From an uncultured archaeon (GTDB lineage: Archaea; Nanobdellota; Nanobdellia; Pacearchaeales; GW2011-AR1), in the NCBI GenBank assembly GCA_937143345.1, contig CAKZRD010000019.1, forward strand, positions 9,116 through 73,115: 64,000 nucleotides of DNA, written 5' to 3'. The notes under the pieces are model-generated. The model was not told the DNA's origin. It worked only from the letters and a program-made list of their open reading frames with translations, and did not search any database. This document shows positions 19,325-29,211 of this stretch, piece after piece (the stretch's first letter is position 1; every line of letters starts with the position of its first letter). Position numbers and translations under genes: made by a program.

Positions 19325-20388
19325 ACAAACTGGTTTTTTCTTTTTTCTATTATCGGAAATTTTATTTCTTTAAATGAGAGAAGAGAGAGTCCTGTCAAAT
19401 CCAAAATCTCTTTAATATTAAGTGAAAGATTTTCAAATGCTGGGAAAGTTATAATAATTCTTGAATTTTCTTTCTTTTTTTCTTTAAACTTTTTTAAAAA
19501 AGGAACAATTTTCCTTTCGAAAGAAAATAAAAAATCCTTTTTTTCATCGTTTGAGAGTTTTCTTTTTATTAAATCTCCGAGCGGAGCTTCTGTGACAATT
19601 CCGTCAAAATCTATGTTATCTAAAAAAAAAGAATTTTTTCTTTCTATTTTGTAATTTGAGTTTAAATCAAAATTTTTGCTTAACCATTCTAAATTTTTTT
19701 GTGCGCCTTCTATTGCTTTTTTGTCTATATCAAAACCTATCGCAGGAATATTTTTTAATAAAGATTCAATTAAAATACAACCAACACCACAAAAAGGGTC
19801 AAAAAGGATATTTCCCTTTTTTAAACCAGAAAGATTTATCATAATCTTTGAAAGACGAGGAGAAATTGAAAACTCCTCTCTTCTTACTGGCTTTCTCATA
19901 TCGATAAACTCGTCTATTTTTGAGTCATAGGTTTGCTCAACTAAACCGAGAAAAAATTTGTTTCTTTTTAAAGCAAAAATTTCAAAATCTGCGTTAGAAA
20001 AAAAGAATTCTTCACCTTCTTGCAAAAGTATTCGGTTTCTTGCTCTTTTTATAAATGCTTTTTTTCTTTCTTTCTTAAATTTAGAAATAAAAATATTTTC
20101 GTCGATATTTCCTATAATTGAATAACTGAATTTATCTGAAGGAACAACCTCTTCTTTTTCTAAATATTCTAAAAAATCCTGCTTTTTAGAAAAAATTTTA
20201 AGTTTTCCTAACTTTATAATTCCGCCGAATTCTTGAATGTTGAAATTAAATTCTTCTTTTAATCTTATAGTTAGAAAATTTCTTTCAAAAAAAATCTCTT
20301 CGAATTCTATTCTCCTTGTTTCTAAATAAAGAAATATTTCTGCTTTTGACAAAAAAGGGTTTCTACCTAAAATAAAAAAATATTCCAT
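19297..20388 (-). CDS. THUMP-domain RNA methyltransferase, Trm11/Trm14-like tRNA (guanine-N2) family
   Basis: SAM-binding motif I FDPFCGVGCILIE in the middle of a 363 aa protein with an N-terminal ferredoxin-like/THUMP-like region. Motif IV is atypical (TEAPLG). Confidence 0.45.
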   Translation of the reverse strand: MEYFFILGRNPFLSKAEIFLYLETRRIEFEEIFFERNFLTIRLKEEFNFNIQEFGGIIKLGKLKIFSKKQDFLEYLEKEEVVPSDKFSYSIIGNIDENIFISKFKKERKKAFIKRARNRILLQEGEEFFFSNADFEIFALKRNKFFLGLVEQTYDSKIDEFIDMRKPVRREEFSISPRLSKIMINLSGLKKGNILFDPFCGVGCILIESLLKNIPAIGFDIDKKAIEGAQKNLEWLSKNFDLNSNYKIERKNSFFLDNIDFDGIVTEAPLGDLIKRKLSNDEKKDFLFSFERKIVPFLKKFKEKKKENSRIIITFPAFENLSLNIKEILDLTGLSLLSFKEIKFPIIEKRKNQFVHRELAVLY

Positions 20389-20552
20389 AAAAAAAGAAAA
20401 GAAAAGTATTTTATAAAGCTAATTCATTCTTATTTTACCTATTTAAAAGAAACTTTTTTATTTTTAGTGATTAAATAAGTTATGGAAAGTATTAGTAGAA
20501 AAAACCTATTTTATAAAAATTGAATAAATAAATTTCCTATAAATTTTTTAAA

Positions 20553-21131
20553 TTATATCTTTATTTTATAAACAAAAACTTTATCGTATGGGATATAAAG
20601 AGAACAAGTTTCTTTTATTGAAAGATTCTCCATTAATCTCCTAAAAAGACGGATAGAATTTCCGTGAGCTGAAATTGCAACATTTAATTTTTTTTCTTTT
20701 AATAAATTTTTTAAATCACTTATAAAATTTTTAACTCTTTTTTCTACATCGACAAAACTCTCTCCGTTCGGTGGTCTCGCATTCCATCCTCTATGCCACT
20801 CGTCGTATTTTTTAACTCCGAATTTTTTAACAATTTCCCAATGAGTTTTTCCAACTAAATCTCCATAACTTCTTTCTATCATTCTATTGTCTTCAATTAT
20901 CTCTTTACATTCTTGATGGTATTTCAAAACTTCTTTTAAAGTATCTTTACTCCTTGATAAAGAAGTACAAAAAGCTAATCCAATTTTTTCTTTTTTTAAT
21001 CTTTCTGCAACAATTTTTGCATCATCTGTCCCGGTTTTTGTTAATTTGGCGTCAAAAAAACCTGTAAATTTGCTGTCCCTATTAAAATCTGTTTGACCAT
21101 GACGAAAGACAAATATTTTAACTTCTTTCAT
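20553..21131 (-). CDS. Histidine phosphatase superfamily protein (phosphoglycerate mutase-like)
   Basis: RHG motif (IFVFRHGQTDFN) and downstream catalytic His (ISAHGNSIR). Confidence 0.7.
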   Translation of the reverse strand: MKEVKIFVFRHGQTDFNRDSKFTGFFDAKLTKTGTDDAKIVAERLKKEKIGLAFCTSLSRSKDTLKEVLKYHQECKEIIEDNRMIERSYGDLVGKTHWEIVKKFGVKKYDEWHRGWNARPPNGESFVDVEKRVKNFISDLKNLLKEKKLNVAISAHGNSIRLFRRLMENLSIKETCSLYIPYDKVFVYKIKI

Positions 21132-21191
21132 AAAAAAAAGAATATAAAAGAATATAAAAAGCTTTTTATATAAGAAGAGGATTGAAAATAT

Positions 21192-21479
21192 ATGATAAAC
21201 TGGATTTTAATAATAATTGCTTTTTTAATAGTGCTTTCTTTTTTGAAAGTTGAACATTTTACAAGAATTTTTATTTTTATTTTATTATTATCTTTATTTT
21301 TATTTTTATTTTTTTCTTTTAATAAAATGATTAAAAGAGGCGAAATTTCTTTTGATTCTCCTCGTTCAACTTTAAATGCGTTTATAACTTATGGAAGATA
21401 CATTGAAAACGAGACAAAAAATATATTCAATACAACAAAAAAAGGAATAAATTTTGTTGGTGATGTTATAAGAGGTTAG
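21192..21479 (+). CDS. Small hypothetical membrane protein
   Basis: 95 aa with two predicted TM helices. No motif. Confidence 0.25.
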   Translation: MINWILIIIAFLIVLSFLKVEHFTRIFIFILLLSLFLFLFFSFNKMIKRGEISFDSPRSTLNAFITYGRYIENETKNIFNTTKKGINFVGDVIRG

Positions 21480-22003
21480 GATTTTATTTTCATTCCGATA
21501 GATATTTTGCCAAGTTCGCAAAAATTATAAACATATTCTTGGCTGTCTTTTATTTTCTTACAAATAGAAACATAGGAAGAGTATTCCATTTGTTGGGTTT
21601 GTTCTGGATTTTCATAAACCTTATAATAATTACATCCTAAAGAAGGGCATTCTTTCAATGTTGAAAAATTTCCTCCTATCTTAAAAATCCTTATCGAAGA
21701 TATAGGCCAAAATTCTGAATAAAGTTGATTTATTTCTTCTATCTTCATCACAAAAATTTTATCTTCATCAATACAAAAAGAGCTTCTTTCAGAACAAGAG
21801 AACTCCGGCAATTGGGAAAAAGATTCTAAAATGTTTAAAACTTGTTCTCTTTCTCTTTCTTGCGCGCTTGTCCTCATTTCTCCTAAAAAAACCTGTAAAA
21901 GAAAAAGCCCGACTAATGTAAAAAAGAAAAAAACTGCTAATATCATAAATGCCATTTGTTGAATTCTCATCTGAGATTTTTTCATTCCGACCATAGTTTG
22001 CAT
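21476..22003 (-). CDS. Small pilin-like/hypothetical protein with N-terminal hydrophobic helix
   Basis: MKKSQ-MRIQQMAFMILAVFFFF: a K/R-rich head then a hydrophobic helix. Last gene of the large minus-strand module. Confidence 0.35.
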   Translation of the reverse strand: MQTMVGMKKSQMRIQQMAFMILAVFFFFTLVGLFLLQVFLGEMRTSAQEREREQVLNILESFSQLPEFSCSERSSFCIDEDKIFVMKIEEINQLYSEFWPISSIRIFKIGGNFSTLKECPSLGCNYYKVYENPEQTQQMEYSSYVSICKKIKDSQEYVYNFCELGKISIGMKIKS

Positions 22004-22929
22004 TGTGTTCTCTCCTCCAATTCTTTTAATAGTTTAGAGATAGAATAAATTTCATCTATGTTTTTTGAATTAAAACATACATTTCTTAGTTCAATTAAAG
22101 TATCTTCTAAATTCGTAGGGCAATTTCTTGAAGACATTCTTTCTGATTTTTCTTTATAAATTAAAGAAAGAACTCCTGCTTTGTAAAGAATTCTTTTTAA
22201 GTTGCATTCATAAATTTCTTTATCTGAAAAAATTGCCGGATACAAAAAGTTTCCGACATAATCAATCCTTTCTCCTTCTTTTATGACAAAACCTTTTTCA
22301 TATTTGTCATCACACCATGATTCTATGCAATCACTTATTATTGTAATATCGCATTTGGTACCATAATTAAAACAAACCTTTATTGAATTTTTAGTACAAT
22401 TATCTTCTCCGAAAATTGCTTTATCTCCTAAAACTGAAATATGTGTTTTGAAAGAAGGAAGGTCCTCATAACCTTCAAGAAAACAAAACTCTCTCGAATC
22501 AATAATTAAAACATCTGTTACTTTGAAGCCGAAATTTATCGGAATGGAAAAAAAATAAAACTTTTTAGAAGGTTCTTTTGAAAAATAAATATATTTGTCC
22601 TTTATCGTTATTTCCTCTCCCAATATATTAAAATCCTCGTTTAAACCTCTTATTTGTTTTGCTGAAAGTTTTTGATAGCCGAAATTTGACGAATCACAGA
22701 AAGAGTCAAAAACAATCTCTCTTTTTGAAGATAATACTCCTTTTGAAGAAGATACGAAACCTGCTTGCATTGGGTCTAAAAAAACAGAAACTTGTTTTGT
22801 TAATTCTGTATCTTGATAAAATTTTATTGTTGTTCCTGTTCTTACTGCAGCATAAATCATTAAAACGAGAATTGCACTTCCTGCTAAAATTGCAAAAAGC
22901 CAAACAAAATTAAAATCTCCTTTTTTCAT
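21982..22929 (-). CDS. Pilin-like protein (class III signal peptide-like N-terminus)
   Basis: MKKG-DFNFVWLFAILAGSAILVLMIYAAV. 315 aa with a Cys-containing globular part. Confidence 0.4.
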   Translation of the reverse strand: MKKGDFNFVWLFAILAGSAILVLMIYAAVRTGTTIKFYQDTELTKQVSVFLDPMQAGFVSSSKGVLSSKREIVFDSFCDSSNFGYQKLSAKQIRGLNEDFNILGEEITIKDKYIYFSKEPSKKFYFFSIPINFGFKVTDVLIIDSREFCFLEGYEDLPSFKTHISVLGDKAIFGEDNCTKNSIKVCFNYGTKCDITIISDCIESWCDDKYEKGFVIKEGERIDYVGNFLYPAIFSDKEIYECNLKRILYKAGVLSLIYKEKSERMSSRNCPTNLEDTLIELRNVCFNSKNIDEIYSISKLLKELEERTQCKLWSE

Positions 22930-22958
22930 AAAGCTTAAAACAAAATATCTTATTTAAA

Positions 22959-23456
22959 TTATTCTATGATTACAAATTTATCATAAATTCTTTTTGTAAA
23001 CTTTAAGTTTTCTTCTGCATAAACGCAATAAGGGTTCTTTGATTTAATTATTTCATCTATTTTAATGCGATTTATTTTTTTATAAGGGATATTACAAGCA
23101 GAATTGTATGGTATCAAAAAAACATTAGCATCTTCAAATTCAAAATCTGCAATTTCTTCATAATCTTCTCTATTTGTTATTGTTGAAGATAAATTCGCAA
23201 AACAAACTTTTTCTATTTCTGAAGGAAGATTTATTTTAAACTCTTTATTCTCAACAGAAGAAGCATAAAAAACCTTATCAACTTCCCTTTGCAAAGAATC
23301 ATAAAAATTGCCTATTTGAGTGCATTTGCTTATTTTAAAAAATTGTCTTATTCCGAAAAAAGTAGCTCCTATAAAAATAATTATGAGGAAAATCGCGAAT
23401 ATAACTCCAAAGGACATACCCATCGGGCCTTCTTGTCCTTTTTTGTTTTTTTCCAT
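22959..23456 (-). CDS. Pilin-like protein (class III signal peptide-like N-terminus)
   Basis: MEKNKKG-QEGPMGMSFGVIFAIFLIIIFIGA. 165 aa. Confidence 0.4.
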   Translation of the reverse strand: MEKNKKGQEGPMGMSFGVIFAIFLIIIFIGATFFGIRQFFKISKCTQIGNFYDSLQREVDKVFYASSVENKEFKINLPSEIEKVCFANLSSTITNREDYEEIADFEFEDANVFLIPYNSACNIPYKKINRIKIDEIIKSKNPYCVYAEENLKFTKRIYDKFVIIE

Positions 23457-23566
23457 TTTTATGAAAAGAACTAAGAGTTTAAAAGAGTTTTTATCCTTCG
23501 GTGTAAGTTTTTTATAAAGAAATTATCTTCACTTCAAAAGGTCTCATTTGCTGATTGAAATTTAAC

Positions 23567-26500
23567 TTAAAATAAGAAGTTTTTCCTCGGTCTAACTATT
23601 AAAGAACAACCTATTGGCTCATTTCTAAATTCGTCTCTGCATTTTATATAATAGGTTTTTTCATTATCCCAAGCAGTAACATGGACAGGAGAATTTGAGT
23701 ATGGCATCAACGTTCCTTCCTCGAATAAATAATCACAACTTTCTGTTGAATAAACACAATCAGATCTTCTGAATGTGACTATTTTTAAATAATCATCTTC
23801 ATGATAAGCTCTTGCAATAACAGGGGAAAAGGTATCTATTTCAAGTTCAAATTGTGCTTCCGCTTCCGCCAAATTTCCTCCTCCGTCAATGCATTTAATA
23901 TAATATTTATGAACTCCGCTGAAAAGATCTAATCTTTGCTTGCTTACTCCATCTGCTTTGTTTGTGTCAAAGAAAGGAACAAAACTCTTTTGCTCTCCTG
24001 TAAAAGAATAGAAACAAGTAGCTTTGTTGTTGTCGCAACCGAAGAGAGTTTCAACAGTTAAATTAACTGGCATCGGAGAAATTCCTCCATATATCGTTAT
24101 GTTGTTTGGAGAAATTGACTTAATTTTTAAATGGTTTGAACCACGAACTTTATAATTGAATGAATTTGCCATTGTATTTCTTTCTTTTTCTGGCATTCCG
24201 GGATTGTCTTTGCATTTTATGTAGTAATCTGTGCCGTCTCTTTTTACTCCTGTCAGATTCGCCCTGCAAGTATATAATAACAATGAATTTATTTCAAAAA
24301 CATGTTGTGTGCAAGACATATTGTAAGTCATTTGTTCAAAAGTTCTGTCATTAAAATCCCATTTACATTCTGCAGGCTCATCTGTGTAAAACTCAACTAA
24401 TGAGTGATTTTGATCAGCTGTGACACAACTTCCGCTTTCAACAGAAACTGCTTTGATTTGTGGTGGTGTATTGTCTGGCTCATCATCTACACAAAACCTA
24501 ACAGAATAAGGAACAGTGTTTAGATTTCCTTTTGCATCTCTACACATTAAATAAAGAGTCATTTCTTTTCCCATTTCCAAAGTTAAAGAAGAATTTTTAA
24601 GATCTTTTGCTCTTGGAACATGAAGAATTTCTGTGAAATTTTTTCTGTAAGTGTTGTCTCCTCCCATAAAAGAAAGCATTTCTTCAAAAGAATTTTTCTT
24701 TTCTAAATCTATTTTGCATTGTGCTGGTTCGTTTGTTGTTACGCCAAATTGTATTGGTGAGAATGCTTTAATACATGCATTTAGTCCTTCTGTTCTTATT
24801 ATTTTAAAGCCAGGTCCTGGAGGAGAAGTCCTGACATCTGTGTATGTATAACCTTCTGTTAAAACTTCTTTCCATGGAGTAATTACTGGTGGGGAAACCT
24901 CTCTTGTGCTGTTATCAACACAAATTCCTCCTTTTTCTCCTTGACTAATAAAAGCACATGTTTGACCTAGAGATTTACAACGATATTCTGAACAAGGCAA
25001 TTGGTCGTGATTACACAACTCACAATCCTCTCCTCCGTGTGGCGCTTGCCAAGGAAGACATTTAAACTCTACTCGCTCTTCGAACTTTTCTGTTTTTTCA
25101 TAATTCTTAACATAATGATACCAGGCCACACCGACACCTATAGCTATTGGAACAAATTTTTCATAGAAACCTGCCCCTAATTTTTCACCAAAACTAAAAA
25201 ATTTATTTTTTGCTGCCAATTGAGCTAAACTTTTTTCTTCATTGGCAGATCCAAACCATTTAGCAGTCATAATTCCCCTCATAGTATTAAAAGAGGTAAC
25301 TCCGAAAAAAATTGCTTTTTTTATTGTCTCAACTTGCCCTTCATCTGTTCCAGCCATTTGTGCAACAAACCCTGCGAATTCTGAAACTACTTTTCCCCAT
25401 AAAAGACCTTCTGCTAAATGATAAACTGGCCAAAAAAAACTTTGGTTCTGGGTTATATTCCATCCCAATCCTGGAATTCTTCTTGGGGGATGATCGCCGG
25501 GAGGAAGGGTGGGTTCTACTTCTCTTCCGCCTACGCTACTCACCGCAGTTGGTGCTCCTGATGGTCCACTATTATGTACAAGCACTCCCTCGGCAAAAAA
25601 CCACTTTCCGCCCAAATCCAAATCATAAACATCTATTGGCTCATCTAAGACAACTTTCTCAATACTCTCAATAAAAACCTTCTCAGAATTTATTCCTTGT
25701 AAATAATCTCCGACAACCGCGTTCCCGATAGGTTGCCATTTTCCATTCAACAAAACCTCGTGATTAGGAGTAATCTCTAAAATTTTATTAACAATCAAAT
25801 ACTCGGATTTCCAAGAAACAATAACATCTCGAACAATTTCTTTAGTCAATTTCCCTGTTTCAAAATCATAAGATAAAACTTCTTCTCCTGGTTTTATGGA
25901 GGAGATGGGTTTTGTTGATAAATCTGCGAGTGAAATACTACTACTTAAACAAGTTCCTGGCGACTTAACTTCCTGAGTTTTACCACCCAAAATATCCTTT
26001 AAATAACTAGTGTCTTGAACAAGATTACCTTCCACCAAACTAAAAACCTTATTTGGATTTCCATCGTCTCCAAGAGAGTATAATGCAATAATTTTCTTGT
26101 CACTCCCTATAGAAATCCTATTAATTCCCTGAGAAACTGCCTGTCTATATAAATCGTCCGAAAGCAAATCTAAAAAATTAGCTTCCTGAATAGTATATTC
26201 TGTCGCATTAACCATCCACATCCCACCAATCAAATAAGCAAAGCTAACAACTCCAAGAACCAACATTCCAATCTGCATAAAGCCCAATCCTTTTTTATTA
26301 ATCATTTCCCCTAGTCTCTCTCTCTCGAGATTTAAATTTAGTTCTTCAAGCATTTCATCAGTTAAATATGTTCCATCGGATAGATAAGGAAGAGAGATTT
26401 GAGTTTTGGGGGAAAGACAATTATCTTTTAATCTTTCAGTTCGTGGAATCTTTGAAGAACCATCTATCGATAAAGATTCATAACTAAAAGCTTTTCTATT

Positions 26501-26725
26501 AATATCTACCAAATCTGCTGATTCATAAAAATCAAAAAGCCCTGTTTGTTGATTATAAAATGCTAAATAAACCTTATCTCCAATAATTACATCACCATGA
26601 TAACTTAACATCGATTCTTTTTCATTCGTACTCCCAATTCTAATAAACCAAACCATCGCAACAACAGACAAAACCAACATTAAAACAGAACTTACAGAAA
26701 AAATCTTCGCTATTTTGGTTTTCAT
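23567..26725 (-). CDS. Giant polytopic Cys-rich surface protein with an embedded Hint (intein-like) domain
   Basis: 1052 aa with an N-terminal TM and additional hydrophobic segments. The Hint domain begins CLSSSISLADL and ends VLVHN|S. The C-terminal part is clearly paralogous to the C-terminal half of the 1360 aa protein (shared ...PCSEYRCKSLG...TPWKEVLTEGY... and repeated YYI[KR]C.D..GN modules). Confidence 0.6.
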   Translation of the reverse strand: MKTKIAKIFSVSSVLMLVLSVVAMVWFIRIGSTNEKESMLSYHGDVIIGDKVYLAFYNQQTGLFDFYESADLVDINRKAFSYESLSIDGSSKIPRTERLKDNCLSPKTQISLPYLSDGTYLTDEMLEELNLNLERERLGEMINKKGLGFMQIGMLVLGVVSFAYLIGGMWMVNATEYTIQEANFLDLLSDDLYRQAVSQGINRISIGSDKKIIALYSLGDDGNPNKVFSLVEGNLVQDTSYLKDILGGKTQEVKSPGTCLSSSISLADLSTKPISSIKPGEEVLSYDFETGKLTKEIVRDVIVSWKSEYLIVNKILEITPNHEVLLNGKWQPIGNAVVGDYLQGINSEKVFIESIEKVVLDEPIDVYDLDLGGKWFFAEGVLVHNSGPSGAPTAVSSVGGREVEPTLPPGDHPPRRIPGLGWNITQNQSFFWPVYHLAEGLLWGKVVSEFAGFVAQMAGTDEGQVETIKKAIFFGVTSFNTMRGIMTAKWFGSANEEKSLAQLAAKNKFFSFGEKLGAGFYEKFVPIAIGVGVAWYHYVKNYEKTEKFEERVEFKCLPWQAPHGGEDCELCNHDQLPCSEYRCKSLGQTCAFISQGEKGGICVDNSTREVSPPVITPWKEVLTEGYTYTDVRTSPPGPGFKIIRTEGLNACIKAFSPIQFGVTTNEPAQCKIDLEKKNSFEEMLSFMGGDNTYRKNFTEILHVPRAKDLKNSSLTLEMGKEMTLYLMCRDAKGNLNTVPYSVRFCVDDEPDNTPPQIKAVSVESGSCVTADQNHSLVEFYTDEPAECKWDFNDRTFEQMTYNMSCTQHVFEINSLLLYTCRANLTGVKRDGTDYYIKCKDNPGMPEKERNTMANSFNYKVRGSNHLKIKSISPNNITIYGGISPMPVNLTVETLFGCDNNKATCFYSFTGEQKSFVPFFDTNKADGVSKQRLDLFSGVHKYYIKCIDGGGNLAEAEAQFELEIDTFSPVIARAYHEDDYLKIVTFRRSDCVYSTESCDYLFEEGTLMPYSNSPVHVTAWDNEKTYYIKCRDEFRNEPIGCSLIVRPRKNFLF

Positions 26726-26901
26726 TTCTTCACCTCTTTAATTATTTGTTTTAATAAAGGAACTTTTTTAATTAACAACCGTGATTTATGAAAATTCGCC
26801 ATCTGATAATAAAATAAATCCTTATTCATATTAAACCTTAGAGCTTGTTTTTTTATTTTTTAATAGTAGAATAATTATTTCGAATGTTATGTTCTTTCTA
26901 G

Positions 26902-29211
26902 TCATCTTTTCTCCTCTACAATAAATTTAATTCCTGTTCCATAATCTCCGAGTGAAAGCCCTTTTTTTGAACTCCCGCCAGAAACAATTCGTTCTGGAAG
27001 ATCTTTTCCAGAAATTTTTTCCCATAGTTTTTGAGAGAAAGATTTTTCTTCTTTTATTTTTTCGTATTTAATTTCTTGAGGAAAACTTAATTTTTCAACT
27101 TTGACCTCTTCCCCATCCCTAGCAATGATTAAATCACCTTTTTTTAATTCCTCTATTTGTTTTAAAGAATATTTTTCTTCGTTTTTTAGCAGAACAAAAC
27201 TTCCTTTATTTATTTCTATTTTATCATTGATTAAAATTTTGTTTTTATTTTCCTTTATAACGAAAGCTGTTCCTCTTTTAGCGTGGCCTTGGTTTATTCC
27301 ACCTAATAAACTAAATGAAGAATTTTTATATTTCCAAGAATATCCATCGTCGGTATATTTGTCATTTATATTTACATTTGCCCCGCAATCTCCGATAGAT
27401 GTACAAATCGCATTTACTTTTTTAGCCCAATCTGCTTTAGGTATAAGCGAATATTCTTTTGAATTTCCAGAGGGTGCTTTTCCGCCTTCCCATTCTAAAC
27501 ACTCGCTTTCAATCTCTATTCCGCTTTCATTAATCATCTTGAAATTATACTCTTTATCTCCAAAAGGTCCAGCTAAACTTTCGTATTTTTCAGTTCTTAA
27601 TATTGTCACCTTACAAACAGCACTTGCTATCTCGCAATTCCCTTGTCCAAGCCAAAATTTATTACCTGGGGGGATTAAAGGAACACAAATTCCTCCCTCG
27701 TCTTCCTCGCTTTTATTGAATTTTGTAACTTTGTTTAAAATATCATAATCAAATTCCCAAATTCCTTTTCCGCTTGAAACAAAAGGTGCTAAAGCATTTG
27801 TTGTTATAACTTTTCCTGCCGACATGGAACCGAAAGCACTGGATGCTTGTTGTGCTAAACCTATTCCTTGCATTGCGTTATCAAAACCTGATTGTTTGCT
27901 TGTTGGATTTTGAAATTGCGAAAAAGAATTTGAAAAAGAAGATTGCTGTTTATTCCAATTTAATCCCTCTACATCATCAATCCAAATACAATCTCTTACA
28001 TCTATATTTTCACAATCTCTCTTTCTCCATTGCTGAACACAATCTTGCCATCTATTTACTCTACAGGCAGCAGTTGAAAATTCTCCAGAAGAAGTTTGGA
28101 TTCCTGAATGTATGCAAATTTGGTTTCTAAAATCAGCACAAGGGTCACTAACGACTTCCCCGTCTATACAAATTTGTCTAAAATGCCTTGAACCAGCTTT
28201 TTCATAGCCCTTTCCTGGCTCTATATCATAAACACACCAGCTCTCACCATTTATTCTTGTTTTTCCACTCATGTCTTTACAGGTTGTTCTTTTACAAATA
28301 AATTCTCCTTCTTTCCCTAGATTTGTTTTCTTCCCATCTTTGCTTGAACAAATACTTCCTAAAAGATAATCACAATTTCCGCAAGAAGTACTTCCGTCAT
28401 TACGAGGACAAATAGTATCTGGGTCTGCAACTCTACCTTTATTCCAGGACTTATCTTTGTTTGAAGAATAAACATTCTCCCTGTTCCCGCAAGAGTCAAA
28501 CCAATAAACTTTTCCTTTGTAGCAACCAACATAATTTTGTCTGGCACATTCTGTATTTAATTCTTCAGCAGAACAAAGAACATTTTTATAAAATTTTTTT
28601 CCTGTTTCTTGCTCTAAAATTGATTTGTTTACATTTAAAGCGATAACTCCATCTCTTGCTCCGCAATCTTTTCTCGTCGTAAATTTACACTCATTAACTC
28701 CTGTTCCTGTATAGGTAACACAAGCCCCCATATCTTGCCCGTTGGCTAAAAAAATACATTCTGATTCGTCAGTTACAGATGTCTTAAACTCCATCGTTAT
28801 TCCAAAGTATGTTGAAAGTTTTTTACATCTTGCTAAAGTAACTAAAGCAGCTTGGTCTGAAATTAAACAACAACCTAGACGACAAGTTGGAAGTTCTGAA
28901 GCAGATTTCTCACTCCAAGTTCCGTTTCTTTCTTGACAGATTTTTTGTGGAACATTTTCCATACAAATTCCTTCCTTTGTGTCATAACAAGTTCCCGTTT
29001 TACAGAAAGAGGTCTGCGCACAAGAAGAAGGAGCTATTCTGAAAGAAGAATCACATTCATTTTCTTGCGCGTTTAAACAAAATCCTCCACTTTTTGTTTT
29101 CTCGCAACAAAAGGAAGGAACAGAAATTATTGCAGAAGAAAAACTAATAAAAAAAAATAAAAATAATAAAAATATTGTTTTATTCATGGATATTCTCCTG
29201 CTGCTGGCCAA
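26902..29211 (-). CDS. Secreted Cys-rich protein
   Basis: 769 aa with a signal peptide. Paralogous to the N-terminal half of the 1360 aa protein: shared CCxxTKxGxxC, GCC motifs, CGNCDY..GSICS, GESWCVYD, GSRHF. Confidence 0.6.
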   Translation of the reverse strand: MASSRRISMNKTIFLLFLFFFISFSSAIISVPSFCCEKTKSGGFCLNAQENECDSSFRIAPSSCAQTSFCKTGTCYDTKEGICMENVPQKICQERNGTWSEKSASELPTCRLGCCLISDQAALVTLARCKKLSTYFGITMEFKTSVTDESECIFLANGQDMGACVTYTGTGVNECKFTTRKDCGARDGVIALNVNKSILEQETGKKFYKNVLCSAEELNTECARQNYVGCYKGKVYWFDSCGNRENVYSSNKDKSWNKGRVADPDTICPRNDGSTSCGNCDYLLGSICSSKDGKKTNLGKEGEFICKRTTCKDMSGKTRINGESWCVYDIEPGKGYEKAGSRHFRQICIDGEVVSDPCADFRNQICIHSGIQTSSGEFSTAACRVNRWQDCVQQWRKRDCENIDVRDCIWIDDVEGLNWNKQQSSFSNSFSQFQNPTSKQSGFDNAMQGIGLAQQASSAFGSMSAGKVITTNALAPFVSSGKGIWEFDYDILNKVTKFNKSEEDEGGICVPLIPPGNKFWLGQGNCEIASAVCKVTILRTEKYESLAGPFGDKEYNFKMINESGIEIESECLEWEGGKAPSGNSKEYSLIPKADWAKKVNAICTSIGDCGANVNINDKYTDDGYSWKYKNSSFSLLGGINQGHAKRGTAFVIKENKNKILINDKIEINKGSFVLLKNEEKYSLKQIEELKKGDLIIARDGEEVKVEKLSFPQEIKYEKIKEEKSFSQKLWEKISGKDLPERIVSGGSSKKGLSLGDYGTGIKFIVEEKR

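Noticed and set aside
24160-25674. Plus-strand ORFs 24160..24354, 24651..24851 and 25312..25674 (the last lies in the GC-rich segment)
   Set aside because: All are antisense to the 1052 aa gene. The 25312..25674 ORF overlaps the well-supported Hint-domain coding region on the other strand. Elevated GC inflates ORF length by chance.
27101-28936. ORFs on both strands inside 26902..29211 (27101..27748, 27843..28130, 28359..28547, 28461..28646, 28742..28936)
   Set aside because: The host gene has a paralog-supported reading frame. These ORFs have no motifs and overlap it.
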